Source: Massalongia carnosa (Eukaryota). Taken from it: 64,000 nt of DNA. This document shows, piece by piece, positions 27,519-39,648 of the stretch. Within the stretch, counting starts at the first letter, position 1; each line of letters begins with the position of its first letter. Location of the stretch: NCBI GenBank assembly GCA_965645245.1, contig OZ287069.1, forward strand, positions 496,001 to 560,000, in the 5' to 3' direction. The notes beneath the pieces were generated by a model that did not search any database, was not told the DNA's origin, and saw only the letters and a program-made list of their open reading frames with translations. A program made the translations under genes and the position numbers.

Positions 27519-30500
27519 ACCCTAGGTTATTTGTCAAAGACAGAAATCATAAAATCGTTCCTGTGCACCGAAGTGTCTCCAACCCGAGGAAGACTAAGAA
27601 GTGGAAGACAACGAAGACAGTGCCGGAGATGTGGTTCTGGACGATGGAGAAGAATTGTATAGTACTGGGAGCCTTACTATCGTCTCCTTTATCACCGAGA
27701 GGTTAGCGTCTTCCCTGGGGGCAGCTGCTTTTTGAAGAGCAGTACCTTTCTACGGGACTTTACCAAACAGTAACAAGAAGAGCTGGAAACATTCACCAGG
27801 CCTTTACCCTTCGACTAGATCGAGTCATTTTCAGATACTCCCAAGCCAAACTGACTTAGCCCAGCCTTGCGTTATCTTGCAGATCCTTAACCAATCTACA
27901 AATTAGGGTTGATACTCAGGTGCTGTACATCGTTCATAGTACTGCGAGTAAGCCAGGCACTACTCTGTTAGCATTAGTCTAAAATGCCTGCACAGGTGGG
28001 AAATATTCAGATATTAGATGTGATATATCCAAATGATGCTGGTGGCTAGGACCTACCGAATATGGTAATCTCGTGACACAATATCAACTAAACCAGCAGG
28101 GCGTCATATGTGGAATGTGGAATTAAGCATCATTCCGTGGTCCAATGGTAGCTCACCGACCTCTGTAAAAGCTACATCTATGAGATTTTGTCTATCACCT
28201 CATGGCCCGACCATCTCAGGGATTGCTATCCGAGTTTTTGTCACTCGAAGTAAGACACTTTAGTAATTGGATGAAATTGAAGCATCAAAGAAGGAGCTTG
28301 ACCGGTAATACTACCTGTAAAACAAGCTTTGAATGGTATCGGCTGTTTTTGCTGTATGTTCCACTGCAACCTACTTAGATAGATGCACGCATGAAGGCAT
28401 CTATCTCCCATAGAGCATGCAAGGTGCAACTTTCAAAGTTAGCTAGTGCAAGGGAACAAGATAGTTCTCGTCGACTTTTTTCTTAGCGTAGATCATGCTC
28501 CTGCTTCCCAAAACGCTCCCTTTCTAGTTGGGTTACCCTGCTGTATTTCCACCTTTACTTCTTTTAAGGTAGCGTCTAAAGTATCGGGTTGGTTCCTAAT
28601 GACGGCATGGGTACCCTGTGTAAGTTAGAAGAAGTGTTTTAGCTTCGAAAGTACCAAATTTTTCCCTTGGAAAGAAATCGTGAAAGGTTTGCTTTTGAGC
28701 AATTTTGGAACCCCTGACTCAACGACAAATGATCACGAGCCCGACGTTGCGGGAAGACGGGAATAAAATGCTGGGGTACGTAAGGGTGCCAGTTGATTGG
28801 TAACGACGTAGTTGTAACGTGGCTCCCCTTCTCCAATCCCCTGTCCATCAGAATCTCAATCGACGATTTCCTTCGTCAAGGAATCCCCAACCCAGCTCCT
28901 ATCCATATGGCGTGCATATGTGGAGTTCCTTTCGGGGGAATTTATCGGCAGTGAATGTAGGGAAAATCCTCTGCACAGCCTCGGAGACATCCGATGCTTA
29001 TAAGTATGTGCTGGCAATGGAACCATGTTTTGGGTTTCGATACCGCGATTCAATCCTTGCTCTCGACTCACAGGCTTCAGTGTATAAAGTGTCTTTCGTT
29101 TGAAAGGGGAAGTAGCGCTGCTAATAGTATTGGTCACATACCCACCTGCGTGTGCAGAGAAATAAGGGACCGCACAGCGGTGTAGGAGGGAGCGCTTTCT
29201 TCAAAAAGGAAACTTTAGCGAACCAAGAGGTTGACTTTCGGGTCATACGTGACACTAAGGGCGTATGGCTAGGGCGGTGGGCGCCCGGCAATCTCTAAGC
29301 TGCATTGAGCTTAAGTGCGTTTAAATCCTTTAACCCTTGACCATATCATACCTTTGCGCGAATCAGGTACCGGAAAGTCAATTCGTAAGCTTCTGGAAGG
29401 ACTGGGATCAGCATGCACGCCATTTGCAGCGGCCAAGGCTTCAGGATCTACAGGAGTCTGACTCAGATACCAGAAGAGAAGGGAGAGAGGCGACAAGGTG
29501 CTCTCGAGCCTACTGAAGATAGGAGGAGAGGTGCGGGAAAATAGGAGTAGGAGTATTAATTACCCACGCCTACTCTGGACGCTGGGCTGGGTTGGGCTGC
29601 AGCTGCAGCTGACCATGTTTTTTTTTCTTTCTCCTCACTGACGTCGATGCATAAGATAGATAGATGCATGAGAACCGATTGGGAAGGATAGAAGACGACC
29701 AAACACCAGGCCTAACAGTGAAGGATAGGAGTGCCTGGACAATCGCCGTCACGCAGAAATTGATTTCTAGTTCTGCAGCGATACTATCAAGCGACTATTA
29801 TATATTTTTTAGATCCCTTGAGGGTGGTGGAACTTGGGTTCTGCTTGGGTGCACGCTTTAGCGATGCAAGCATGCAACTGTTTGTTGTATGTGTTCTGTA
29901 CAGAGTGCTTTTTACCAATACAGTATAGCATTGTAGGTTCCATAAGTCCCCAGGCATAACAATGCACAAGAAATGATGTATCATCATTCATGGAATCCTT
30001 AACTTTATGGCGCTGCGCACCATAATGTAATGAAAGAAACGAACGAGACGATCTATTTCGTTGAAGAGCGAACTCTCTGTACCTCTCCGTAGGGGTTGTG
30101 GGGGGGGTTGGGTGCTGACGAGGCAGCGATGCAATCCTAGATCCTAGATGACCAGTTCCATGGGTTCCTTGACGATTTCCTTGGTTGAGGTGAGACAGAC
30201 CCCCTTCGGACTCAGCCGCTGCGTGAGAAAAAACCTAAAATAAGTTTAGGAAACAGGATACCGAGTATCCGTACTCGATGACCTGTACTTTGTACCTTGT
30301 ACTTGATCGTACGTATGTACTGTAGCTGCGCCTTTGTGCAGCCTACAAATTGCCCGATGCAACACAAATGAAAAAGGCACACTTCTTGTCGTTGTCACTA
30401 TTTAGTTCCCTCTTACCACTTGACTACCCTTGACTGAACATGCGGCTGTTGCATCCGCTTGTACTCTGTACAGAGTACAGAGCAACTGTTGACTCACAGT

Positions 30501-31311
30501 CATACATTCTCCGAGTTTTCCGGTACGAGGCTAGCGTACTTGTACGAGCAAGTTAAGTACACTTTTCGTGTCGTACCTGACCTGACGCCAATCAAAATTA
30601 TTCAATCCCTCCCGAATAGGTACGTAATTTTTCCCATTTCCCATTTCCCATTTCCCATCCAGCTTCATCTGTTCAATTCTCACTCTCTTACAAGAGCCTC
30701 CCACACACAACTACCTTCCCCCCCCCTTCTCAATGCCCCTAGACCAATGAATAAAACCCCTTCCCGAAAAAAATCTAAACATCCCCAAGCAAGCTTGCAT
30801 ATCATTTGATCGAGACTTGATTCCCTTCTCCCTTCTTGGACTCATCCTCACCCTCCCGTTTCGCCTTAATCCGGTCCACAAACAAATTTTGTTCTCCCAC
30901 CCTGCCATCCAGAGAATCTTACTACGCCTCCTTCAAGCTCCTGCGATACTCTGTACTTCCTTTCACTCCCGTATCGTCCAATTCAACCGGTCTCCTGTGC
31001 TGAACGCCGATTACTGCATCGTTAGCTTGGACCTTGCGGCGTGCTTGGCTAAGCGGAGTCACAAAGTCGGAAGCACTCATGTCTAAGGAGCGCCATTCAC
31101 TTGTTGATCCTATCCGATAGTACTTGGATCGGCATTCCATCAGCTGCCGCTTGAGGCCGGAGGCTTGCCCTCCAAGAGGACATGATGGAGAGAACGAGAC
31201 ATCCAACAACGTAAACTAGGCTTTGCAACGCACCCAAAACGTACGAAACGTATCGAGTTCCTGTTAAGCAGTCTTCAAGCGAACCACTGGGGGACCTGCA
31301 TCGGATCCATC

Positions 31312-34300
31312 ATGACGCCCTCAGGGACATCGTCACCCGTGCTGACCAATGGCCGGCCGCAGAGGCAGTGCCAGTCTCCTTCAATGTTCGCCCAGCAAGC
31401 GTCGGCGTTGCAGAGCATGACACCACTATCGTCCAGCATGACGGCCGCCTCGGCCCTCAGTCCGGCTAGGCTGTCGTTATCGTCAACTCCCGCATATACC
31501 TCGCTGCAATCGTCACCCGAGGGCCCTCGAGGGCGCAACCTACCCTCTTCATGCCCCCCGACTCCGTTGCAACTTCCCGAACCGACAGTACCGGTTCCAC
31601 TCCTTTCAAGCCCAAGCGCCATGAGTGAAGCCATGGCATTGAGCAAAGGGCCTGGCTTGATTCGCCGAATATCGAGAGGTGCTGCCAACAAGCTGACGCG
31701 GCGACGACAGTCTTCGAACAATGCCGCAAACCGGGATTGTAGCTCCGGCCCCGTTGTCATGCGGAGAAGAAGCGATAGCAAGAGCGGGACTGATATGGAC
31801 GTGTTTTTTGCAGGAGCGGGAGCGGGGCCGGGGCCGGAAAGAGACTACGAAGACGTGGACCTTGTGAGCCTTCAGGGCCTGGGGTTGTCCGGCGAGGGTG
31901 TGACTCTGGATGGTGGAAGCGCCGCTCCAGACATACAACGCACTCAAGGAGGAATAGCTCCCATCGTTCCGTCCGTCCTCCGCCGAGGAACTACTCTCAC
32001 CAAGATGACCAAGAAGAAAAAGAAAAGCTTCCTTTTCGTTCTCGACACCGACTCGGCAAGGGTTTCCTGGGACGCTTCAAATCCTTCCAAACGATTCTAC
32101 ATCGATGACATACAGCAAATCCGGCTGCAAGGGGACGCAAGTATTTACCGGGAAGCGTTTCAAGTATCCGCAGAGTTGGAGTCTTGCTGGTTTACAATCA
32201 TATACGCCGATCCGGAGCGAGCCAAGGGAAGACCGTCCAAGTCGATTCACCTCATTGCGCCCAGCCAGCACATCTTTGAGTTGTGGACTTCCACACTTGA
32301 TGATCTTTCAAGGTACCGGCACGAGCTCATGGCTGGTCTCGTAGGGTCTGGTCAAGATGAAAAGACCTTGAGGGGCCATTGGAAACGCGAAATGGCAAAG
32401 CTCTTCAACGGTGCCCCGCATACCGAAAATGAGGAGAACCTTGGCGTCGCAGGGGTGGAGTCCCTTTGTCGAGGTCTACATATCAACTGTTCACACAAAG
32501 TCCTGCACGCCCAGTTTGAAAAAGCCGATGCAGATCGCACGGGGTATCTTAGCTTTCAAGAGTTCAAGGACTTTATTCGGCACCTCAAGACGCGCATGGA
32601 CATCAAAGAAATCTATCAGCGCGTCAGATCTGAAAATCCCGAAGGCCTCCATCAGACATGGTTTTTTCGCTTTCTGCAAGATATCCAGGGCGTGGATGTG
32701 GAGTCCAATCGTGCGCATTGGGCCAAGGTGTTTGCAAAGTTCGTGCAGAAGCCGGGCTGCAGTACCCCTATCGTGCAGGATGCGTCCCATGCATCATCGC
32801 TTCAGATGGACTTTGCAGCTTTTAGCGCCTTTCTTTCTTCTCCACACAACAATATCCAAACGCAGAAAGCTCCCGAAGCGAAACTTTCTCGCCCGTTGAA
32901 TGAGTATTTCATTTCTAGCTCCCACAACACGTACCTTCTAGGTCGACAGGTCGCTGGGAACTCAAGCATTGAGGCCTACATAAGAGCGCTGCAGAAAGCA
33001 TGCCGGTGTGTGGAAATTGACTGCTGGGACGGCGCTGATGGCCGTCCGATTGTTCTGCACGGTCGAACATTGACAAGCAGCGTATTGTTCTCGGATTGCA
33101 TTTCCGTTATTGGAAAATATGCCTTTGTGGAATCGCCATATCCTTTGATGCTGTCACTTGAGGTTCATTGTAACGATGAGCAGCAGCAAGTGATGGTGGA
33201 TATCATGACAAAGGAGCTCGGGGAGCGCCTTGTCAGGGAGCCATATGCAGCCAATGCCACCGCGCTACCTGCGCCAGAGGATCTGCGCCATCGAATTCTA
33301 GTCAAGGTCAAAGCTGGTGAAGATTCCATTGTGACCGCCAACTTGCCTACAACACGCCGTGAGCGTGGCTTTAGTTCCCCATATTCGCGGCCGCAAGTGC
33401 TTGACAATGCTGGGATCCCAAACGCACCCATGTTGTCGAACCCACCGTCGTCGAGTCCTTCCGAACAAGGTTCGACGTGGCTGGGTGGGCGAAGCTCGAC
33501 GGCAGCAACGTCTATGAGCAGTGCAACGGACGATAGTGATGGCGCGCAAGCTGGTAGCCTTTCTACGCGAAGACAGTCAAGGAAACGAAAAAGTAAGATT
33601 ATCAAGTCCTTGGGTGATCTTGGCGTCTACGCCCGTGGGCTCAAGTTCAAAGACTTTTCATCGCCAGAAAGCAAGACATATAACCACATATTCTCTTTCA
33701 CTGAGCGTCGATTCGACACGTGTTCTCGTGATCCAGACGTGAAAGCACAGCTCGAGAAGCACAACATGCGCTACTTGATGCGTGTGTATCCTGCAGGGTA
33801 CCGTTTTACCTCCACAAATCCCGAGCCGTTGGGCTTCTGGGGGCTTGGGGCGCAAATGGTGGCGCTAAATTGGCAAACCTATGATCTAGGTATGCAAATC
33901 AACGATGCCATGTTCGCGTGTGGCTCGGATCGATCGGGGTATGTGCTGAAACCGCGAGAGTTACGGTTCCCGGATTCTTTGCCAGAGCCTGCGGTAGAGC
34001 CTATAAACCGTGAAATCGGTAAAATCAGCCGGAAACTGATTCGTTTCTCGGTTGAGGTGATCTCGGCTCAACAGCTTCCTCACCCTCGCGGCACCGGACC
34101 TGGGGAGACCCTTCATCCATACATCGAAATCGAACTGTTTAGCGCGGAAGGCAAGGCCAAAGTTGCCGCTTCCGGTGTAGGTGGACAAGATGCTTCTGCA
34201 CGCAACGGGTTGTCTGCTGTTGGATCGCCCCATCGAAGACGCACCCATATTGTGCGGAGCAACGCTTACAATCCCGTGTTTAAAGATAGCTTTAATATGT

Positions 34301-34701
34301 CCCTGGAGACCAAATCACCCGATCTAATATTCATCCGATGGACGGTGTGGGATTCTCAAGATGGGCACAGTTACAACAACAACAACGCCAACGCCGAACC
34401 ACTTGCCACCTTCACGGCGAAGCTAACCAGCCTTCCACAAGGGTATCGTCATCTCCCCCTCTACGACCACAATGGCGATCAGTTCCTATTTGCAACCTTG
34501 TTTTGCAAAGTCAAAAAGGAAGAACCAGTCACCGTTGTGGGAGAAGAGCCCACTCTTGAAAAGGTTGGGCGACTTAAACAGATTGGCCAACTTGGGCATG
34601 CGGTACTTAAGCGGACGTTGTCGGTAGAGAAGAGGCCGCCAGGGAACGGAGAAAAGAAGTCGTTGAAAAATTCTGAGCGGAAGAGATCCAAAAACGACTG
34701 A
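31312..34701 (+). CDS. PLC1: Phosphoinositide-specific phospholipase C (PH, EF-hand, X, Y and C2 domains), 1129 aa, intronless
   Basis: X-box YFISSSHNTYL, CVEIDCWDG and HGRTLT; Y-box LMRVYP and QMVALNWQT; SGYVLKP; C-terminal C2 with QGYRHLPL. Confidence 0.96.
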   Translation: MTPSGTSSPVLTNGRPQRQCQSPSMFAQQASALQSMTPLSSSMTAASALSPARLSLSSTPAYTSLQSSPEGPRGRNLPSSCPPTPLQLPEPTVPVPLLSSPSAMSEAMALSKGPGLIRRISRGAANKLTRRRQSSNNAANRDCSSGPVVMRRRSDSKSGTDMDVFFAGAGAGPGPERDYEDVDLVSLQGLGLSGEGVTLDGGSAAPDIQRTQGGIAPIVPSVLRRGTTLTKMTKKKKKSFLFVLDTDSARVSWDASNPSKRFYIDDIQQIRLQGDASIYREAFQVSAELESCWFTIIYADPERAKGRPSKSIHLIAPSQHIFELWTSTLDDLSRYRHELMAGLVGSGQDEKTLRGHWKREMAKLFNGAPHTENEENLGVAGVESLCRGLHINCSHKVLHAQFEKADADRTGYLSFQEFKDFIRHLKTRMDIKEIYQRVRSENPEGLHQTWFFRFLQDIQGVDVESNRAHWAKVFAKFVQKPGCSTPIVQDASHASSLQMDFAAFSAFLSSPHNNIQTQKAPEAKLSRPLNEYFISSSHNTYLLGRQVAGNSSIEAYIRALQKACRCVEIDCWDGADGRPIVLHGRTLTSSVLFSDCISVIGKYAFVESPYPLMLSLEVHCNDEQQQVMVDIMTKELGERLVREPYAANATALPAPEDLRHRILVKVKAGEDSIVTANLPTTRRERGFSSPYSRPQVLDNAGIPNAPMLSNPPSSSPSEQGSTWLGGRSSTAATSMSSATDDSDGAQAGSLSTRRQSRKRKSKIIKSLGDLGVYARGLKFKDFSSPESKTYNHIFSFTERRFDTCSRDPDVKAQLEKHNMRYLMRVYPAGYRFTSTNPEPLGFWGLGAQMVALNWQTYDLGMQINDAMFACGSDRSGYVLKPRELRFPDSLPEPAVEPINREIGKISRKLIRFSVEVISAQQLPHPRGTGPGETLHPYIEIELFSAEGKAKVAASGVGGQDASARNGLSAVGSPHRRRTHIVRSNAYNPVFKDSFNMSLETKSPDLIFIRWTVWDSQDGHSYNNNNANAEPLATFTAKLTSLPQGYRHLPLYDHNGDQFLFATLFCKVKKEEPVTVVGEEPTLEKVGRLKQIGQLGHAVLKRTLSVEKRPPGNGEKKSLKNSERKRSKND

Positions 34702-36195
34702 GCTCTTCTACGTGACCTTGGATCGAGGGCAGGGCATATTATGCGGCTTGGCTTTTGCATTCTGGAGTTTACAAATAGGAAAATATGGGGTTTTCGCTCG
34801 TGTTGAGTTTTGCGTTTACACATATACCCTTCGGTGGATTGTTCCACACACCAACCCGGCGCACCATTTCAAGGAGCACATTGGGATTTTTTTTAGGCAT
34901 ATAAGAACCTTTTCTACAACCAGTCCAGCAAATCCGAGCATTTCAGTGGATTGGGTGTACGAGATAAAAGGCAGCCTTGAAGGCCGCACCAGCCTATCTT
35001 CTTCGAACCCAACAAGTCTGGGCATTTGTGATGTTTATTTCTCGTCAACATCCGTTGCATGCACTTCATTCGTTTTTCGCTTCTATTCATAGCATGGAAA
35101 TGCTCAAAGCTGGCTTGTGAGAGTGTTTGCTATTCTTTTGTCCCGCCTTCCCGAGCGATGGTCTATGTAACGGGGTTTGGGTTGGATTGTGCTGGGGCTG
35201 GAATGGCATTGGGGTAAAGAGGAAAGGACATATCGCAGAGGGCAATGCCAAGGAACAAATAATGATGGGAAGAATGTTTTTGCATGCATGCATGCATGGA
35301 TGGATGGATGGGTCGGGGCAAACTTGCTCTTTACATATTTAGTCGGTCGTTTTTGTAAAACCTACATGTCCCCAACAGCAGAGCGCCAGTGCGGTCTTAC
35401 TGCAAGTCTGAGAATACCTAAAAGTCTTGGAAACAAACCTCTCGTTTTGTTGCGTCGATTTGATTAATTGTGAATAGGATATCTAATTAAGTATATATGT
35501 TATATAGGGTATACGTATGAACGGAACATAGATACTCTTATAGAATCTAACCTGTAGGATTTCCTCTCCTTTTCTCTCTTTCCCCCCTCTCCCCCCCAAA
35601 TATTTTTTTTCCACTCACAAAACGACTCGATATCACAAAACCCTTTCCTTCGATCAATACGTGCCCCGTTCCTCAAGAACAGACAGACAGACAGACAGAA
35701 AAAAAAAATAGGTGGGTGGGTAAACCAAAAGTCCCCAAAACTTCTCCAATTCATCAATCACATTGATTGCTCTTTCCCTTCCCACCGGTTCATTCATCCC
35801 TCCATCCACTTTTATGTATCCGTCTACTTACCGGGCAGTTCGTCCGTCCGTCTGTCCGTTCGTGCATACTATCTATCTATCTATCTACCGCTATCCATCC
35901 ATCACTCGTCAATGACCTACTCACCCACTACTCACTCACTCATTCGCCCGAAAACCCCGGAACGAAATGATCCGCATTCCCCCCTTTTTCCTTTCTTTTT
36001 TTGGTTTGGTTTAGTTCTCCGCTTTTTTGTTTCTCCCGGTTATGTAATATCGGTTGAAGTGGTTTTTCTGTTTTGAGAATAGGGGAGGGAAGGAAGAAAA
36101 AAAAAAGGGGGGGGGGAAGAATACCTATGTACGAAGGAAGGAGATGGGGTGAGTGGGTGAGTGAGTGATGATATTAGGTAAAAAGGTGAGTTGAT

Positions 36196-36200
<5 letters not shown>

Positions 36201-36234
<34 letters not shown>
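36201..36234. repeat. (AG)n microsatellite
   Basis: Direct reading. Confidence 0.9.
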
Positions 36235-36237
<3 letters not shown>

Positions 36238-36659
36238 ATGATGAGAGGAAAGCAACGAGGAAGAAGAGATATAGACTTGACGAATCTTTGATTTCCGTTG
36301 TCAGTTTCGCGTTCTGTTGTAATTGTTGTTGTTGCTGTTTTTCTTCTTCTTCTCTTCTCTTCCTTGAAGAAAGACCCTGATAATTCTCTGCGATTGGTTT
36401 AGAAAATGGAAAAGAGAAAAAGAGTTTGAGATTGATTGACTGGATTGTATGCATGATATAAGCGTTCGTCCCGATCGCGAAACGGGGATTTAAACCGCCC
36501 CCAACAGATCCTGTTTCTTTGGCATTATTTCATGAATATCTTCTTGACTTCATAAACCCCTAGCTCCTATCCTTTAAACTACTCATGAGCACCTCCTCGA
36601 CTCCCTTACTCTCTAGCTCCCCCATGCTGACCGCTTAACAAACCCCCCCTTGGCTCAGT

Positions 36660-37834
36660 CTACACGTTCTTCTCCGCTTGATTCGGGTTCAAACATTCGT
36701 CCAAGGCTGCCCCCGGATCCCACGCCGGCAGAATGATCCTCCCATTTATATCCCTCATGTTGAGATCCTCGCCCATGGCCACCTCGACCGCCTTCTCGAG
36801 CCACAGCTGCCATGCCCCGCTCACGGGCGCGATCTGCGCGATGGTAACCCACTCGACGCTGCGCGTGATGGCGATGGCCTTCCACAGCGCATTGGTGAAG
36901 TTGTCGCATTGCTCGCCGGCGCTGTAATTCAGTAACTCCACGTGGAAGCGCGACAGGTCCCAGTTCCAGCGCTGCGGCAGGGCGGCCACGGTCCAGTAGG
37001 CGGCGTTGAGGATCAGGTAGGCGGCCGCGAACGAGATCTGCAGCTTCAGCCTTGCGTTGGCGAGGAAGATGACGCCGAACATGAGCATAAGGGTGGCGAT
37101 GAGGCTGAGGATACGGTAAGCCGTTGGGCCGACTTGGTAAAGGCATTCCTCCGGGTGCCAGTACAGCTCGCGTGCGATCTCCTCGTCGCACTTGACGATT
37201 AGGAACGCGCCGTTGGGATACGTGATGACCACGTCTGAGATGGGCACTCTCCGCGTCGCCTTGCGTTTCTTGAGTTCGAGCGACCAGCGGTTGCCGATGC
37301 CAACGAGCGTGGCGAGCAGGGAGAGAAGGATGGTGGCCAACAGGGCCATGCCGTCCTGCTCGATTATGGAGAAGACAAGGAGCGCGACGGACATGGCGAA
37401 GCCAAGCAGAGAGAGAAAGGTCAGTGGGCCCCAGGTGCGGGCCTTGACCGACGGTTTGGTCACGTCGCGGGTGATGCTTTCGCAGCGCACCGAGTAGGCG
37501 GGGAGACTGTTTCCATTATGGAGGAGGTGCGCGATGTGGTTCACGTTGGCTCGAATTCCGCCCGATTTGGCGCCCACGACTTTCCCGGTGCTGGGAACGA
37601 GCCGTTCAGGACGAGCGGTGCGGATAAGCGCTTGCGGGGCGGGAAGCAGACGGGGGAGGAGGAAGAAGCGGGAGAGGGCGGAGACTTGGGCGTTGGCGAG
37701 GACGGAGGATTCCCCGAGGATCGCAAGGCTAGACCTGTTAGCGGACGCAAAATGCGTCGGAGGCGGGCGACGGTTGCTTACAAGCCGACAATGTCAAGCT
37801 GCAGCTTTTGGAATCCACCGTCTAGCCACTGCAT
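36660..37834 (-). CDS. Conserved fungal multi-pass membrane protein of unknown function, ~373 aa; 2 exons (37834-37782, 37728-36660)
   Basis: ATG at 37834. A GTAAGC donor, CTAAC branch point and TAG acceptor give LDIVG-F-LAILGESSVLANAQ in frame with the 305-aa ORF. About four hydrophobic segments; GC-rich codon bias. Confidence 0.82.
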
Positions 37835-38280
37835 ATTTTCGCGGTTATGAGAAAACAAGTGGTGTAAGATAAATGAACCTATAGGGAAAATCCTTCGAGG
37901 ACACTTCAAAGGCTATATTCTTCAGCCCTGCAGCCTGCCATCATGTTAGTGCTTAGGAAAACAAGGTCTGAATCGGGGGGCCTGCGAACCATCATAATCC
38001 AAACTTGCATCTCGAATGATTCGCAAGACGCGAGACGGATGGTTGAGAGAAAAGGAAAGGTTGTGTCGATTAAATTATTGGGGTTCATAACGTATAATTT
38101 CCCATATAAGCCTCGGGGCGTATAGCTAAGATGACTGAACCGAGGTGATTTTGAACGGGGGTTTATAGCCAAAAGGGGTTAATAGCCAAATCATTTTTAT
38201 AGTCAAATAGGGGCTTATAACAACGGGTGAAAAAAAAAAAATTTCCCGGCACCCCCCAATACATTTTCTCTTTTTTTGAT

Positions 38281-38427
38281 CATTGCCCTTCCTATACATT
38301 GCCCTTCCTATACATTGCCCTTCCTATACATTGCCCTTCCTATACATTGCCCTTCCTATACATTGCCCTTCCTATACATTGCCCTTCCTATACATTGCCC
38401 TTCCTATACATTGCCCTTCCTATACAT
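38281..38427 (+). repeat. Perfect 16-bp minisatellite (CATTGCCCTTCCTATA) x9 within the transposon, directly upstream of the transposase ATG
   Basis: Nine identical units at 38281-38424 plus CAT; ATG at 38434. Confidence 0.95.
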
Positions 38428-38433
38428 CTCAAT

Positions 38434-39648
38434 ATGGCCCCCCCACATATATCTCCTAAAAAGACTCCTACCGGTCCTCGTACAAAATCAGTTGTTTCCA
38501 GAAGCTTATGGGCATCAAGTGTCAAAAAATCAGGCTATTCACAGTCATCTCAGACATCTTTCGGAGACAATACTCAGATAACTGAACAGTTTCGTTTGAT
38601 ACGTGAATCGGCTGATGACGTGTCTAATAGAAATTCGGATGATGAAATCACTCGTCGAAGAAAATCCTACACACGAGAGAATAAGTTAGCTGCTATCAAC
38701 TATGCTACAACAACTTGGAAGACTCAAAAAGACGGAACTCTTAAGCTTATTAGTAAATACGAAGCTGCAAAAAATCTAGGAATTGATCTAGCTATGCTTC
38801 GTAGATGGTTAAAAACAAGCTCCGTAATCGAAAACATGAGTACTGGAATCAGAAAAAACAGACCTCTCAATACTGGCTGTCAGGAACCGGAGTTGGAAAG
38901 ACAGCTGATTGAGCTGTTTAAAGAGAAAAGAGAAGCTGGAATGAAGGTTGATAAACGATGGATTATACGTCAGGCAAAACATATATATGCCGAGTTGTAT
39001 CCACATCGAATTATTCGAAAAGCGGGGAAAAGAGATGAGTATCTAGGCTTCAAATTCTCTGTTGGGTGGTTTAATAACTTCAGGAATCGAGTCGGTATTT
39101 CTCCACCAGCAGTTACCAAAAAATCACAGATAGTTTCCGAGAATTTGCGGTCCACTATTGAAAGTTGGCTGCAATTCAATCGACGTAATTCTCAGCCCTT
39201 AATAGGTCAAATTCCACAGCACGGAGGGGGAAGATATCGTCTTTGTGATATTGGTAACATGGATCAAACCCCAATTGCGTACGAATTTCTGGACGGACAT
39301 ACCTACGATTTCAAGGGGGCTAAAACGATATGGGCCAAGACGCATAGATCGGGATGGGATAAGAGACAAGCTACACTAATGGTATACGTCTCTGCTGATG
39401 GGATAAATCGTTGTAAACCGCTTCTTATCTTCAGGGGAAAAGACGGAATCAAAAACAGTCGTATAAAGAAGGAGATAAGTCAGTATCATACAGGGGTGTC
39501 GGTCCAATGGAATGATACTGCATGGAGCAATACCACGGTCATGATTCGATGGCTAAAGTATGTTTTAAGAGATGAAATAGGGTCGAATATTGAGGAAAAC
39601 GATGGCGGGGAAGATAATAGCGGCGACAGCGAGATGGATGAAGAATAA
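38434..39648 (+). CDS. Truncated pogo-type transposase, 404 aa: HTH and CENP-B-type HTH, N-terminal part of the DDE_1 domain, acidic tail
   Basis: RRKSYTRENKLAAI, ELERQLIELFKEKREAG, FKFSVGWFNNFRNR, IGNMDQTPI, RQATLMVYVSADG..KPLLIFRGK and AWSN..VMIRWL, then straight into an acidic C-terminus. The second and third catalytic Asp motifs are absent. Confidence 0.85.
   Translation: MAPPHISPKKTPTGPRTKSVVSRSLWASSVKKSGYSQSSQTSFGDNTQITEQFRLIRESADDVSNRNSDDEITRRRKSYTRENKLAAINYATTTWKTQKDGTLKLISKYEAAKNLGIDLAMLRRWLKTSSVIENMSTGIRKNRPLNTGCQEPELERQLIELFKEKREAGMKVDKRWIIRQAKHIYAELYPHRIIRKAGKRDEYLGFKFSVGWFNNFRNRVGISPPAVTKKSQIVSENLRSTIESWLQFNRRNSQPLIGQIPQHGGGRYRLCDIGNMDQTPIAYEFLDGHTYDFKGAKTIWAKTHRSGWDKRQATLMVYVSADGINRCKPLLIFRGKDGIKNSRIKKEISQYHTGVSVQWNDTAWSNTTVMIRWLKYVLRDEIGSNIEENDGGEDNSGDSEMDEE

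Noticed and set aside
27540..29250. Possible second ankyrin-type relic on the + strand (APIHMACICG near 28896)
   Set aside because: Only one or two short motifs and no colinear support; could be chance.
38281..38427. Repeat array resembling a CRISPR, and the repetitive N-terminal extension of ORF 38227-39648
   Set aside because: The units are contiguous with no spacers, there are no cas genes and the host is eukaryotic. The likely start is the ATG at 38434.
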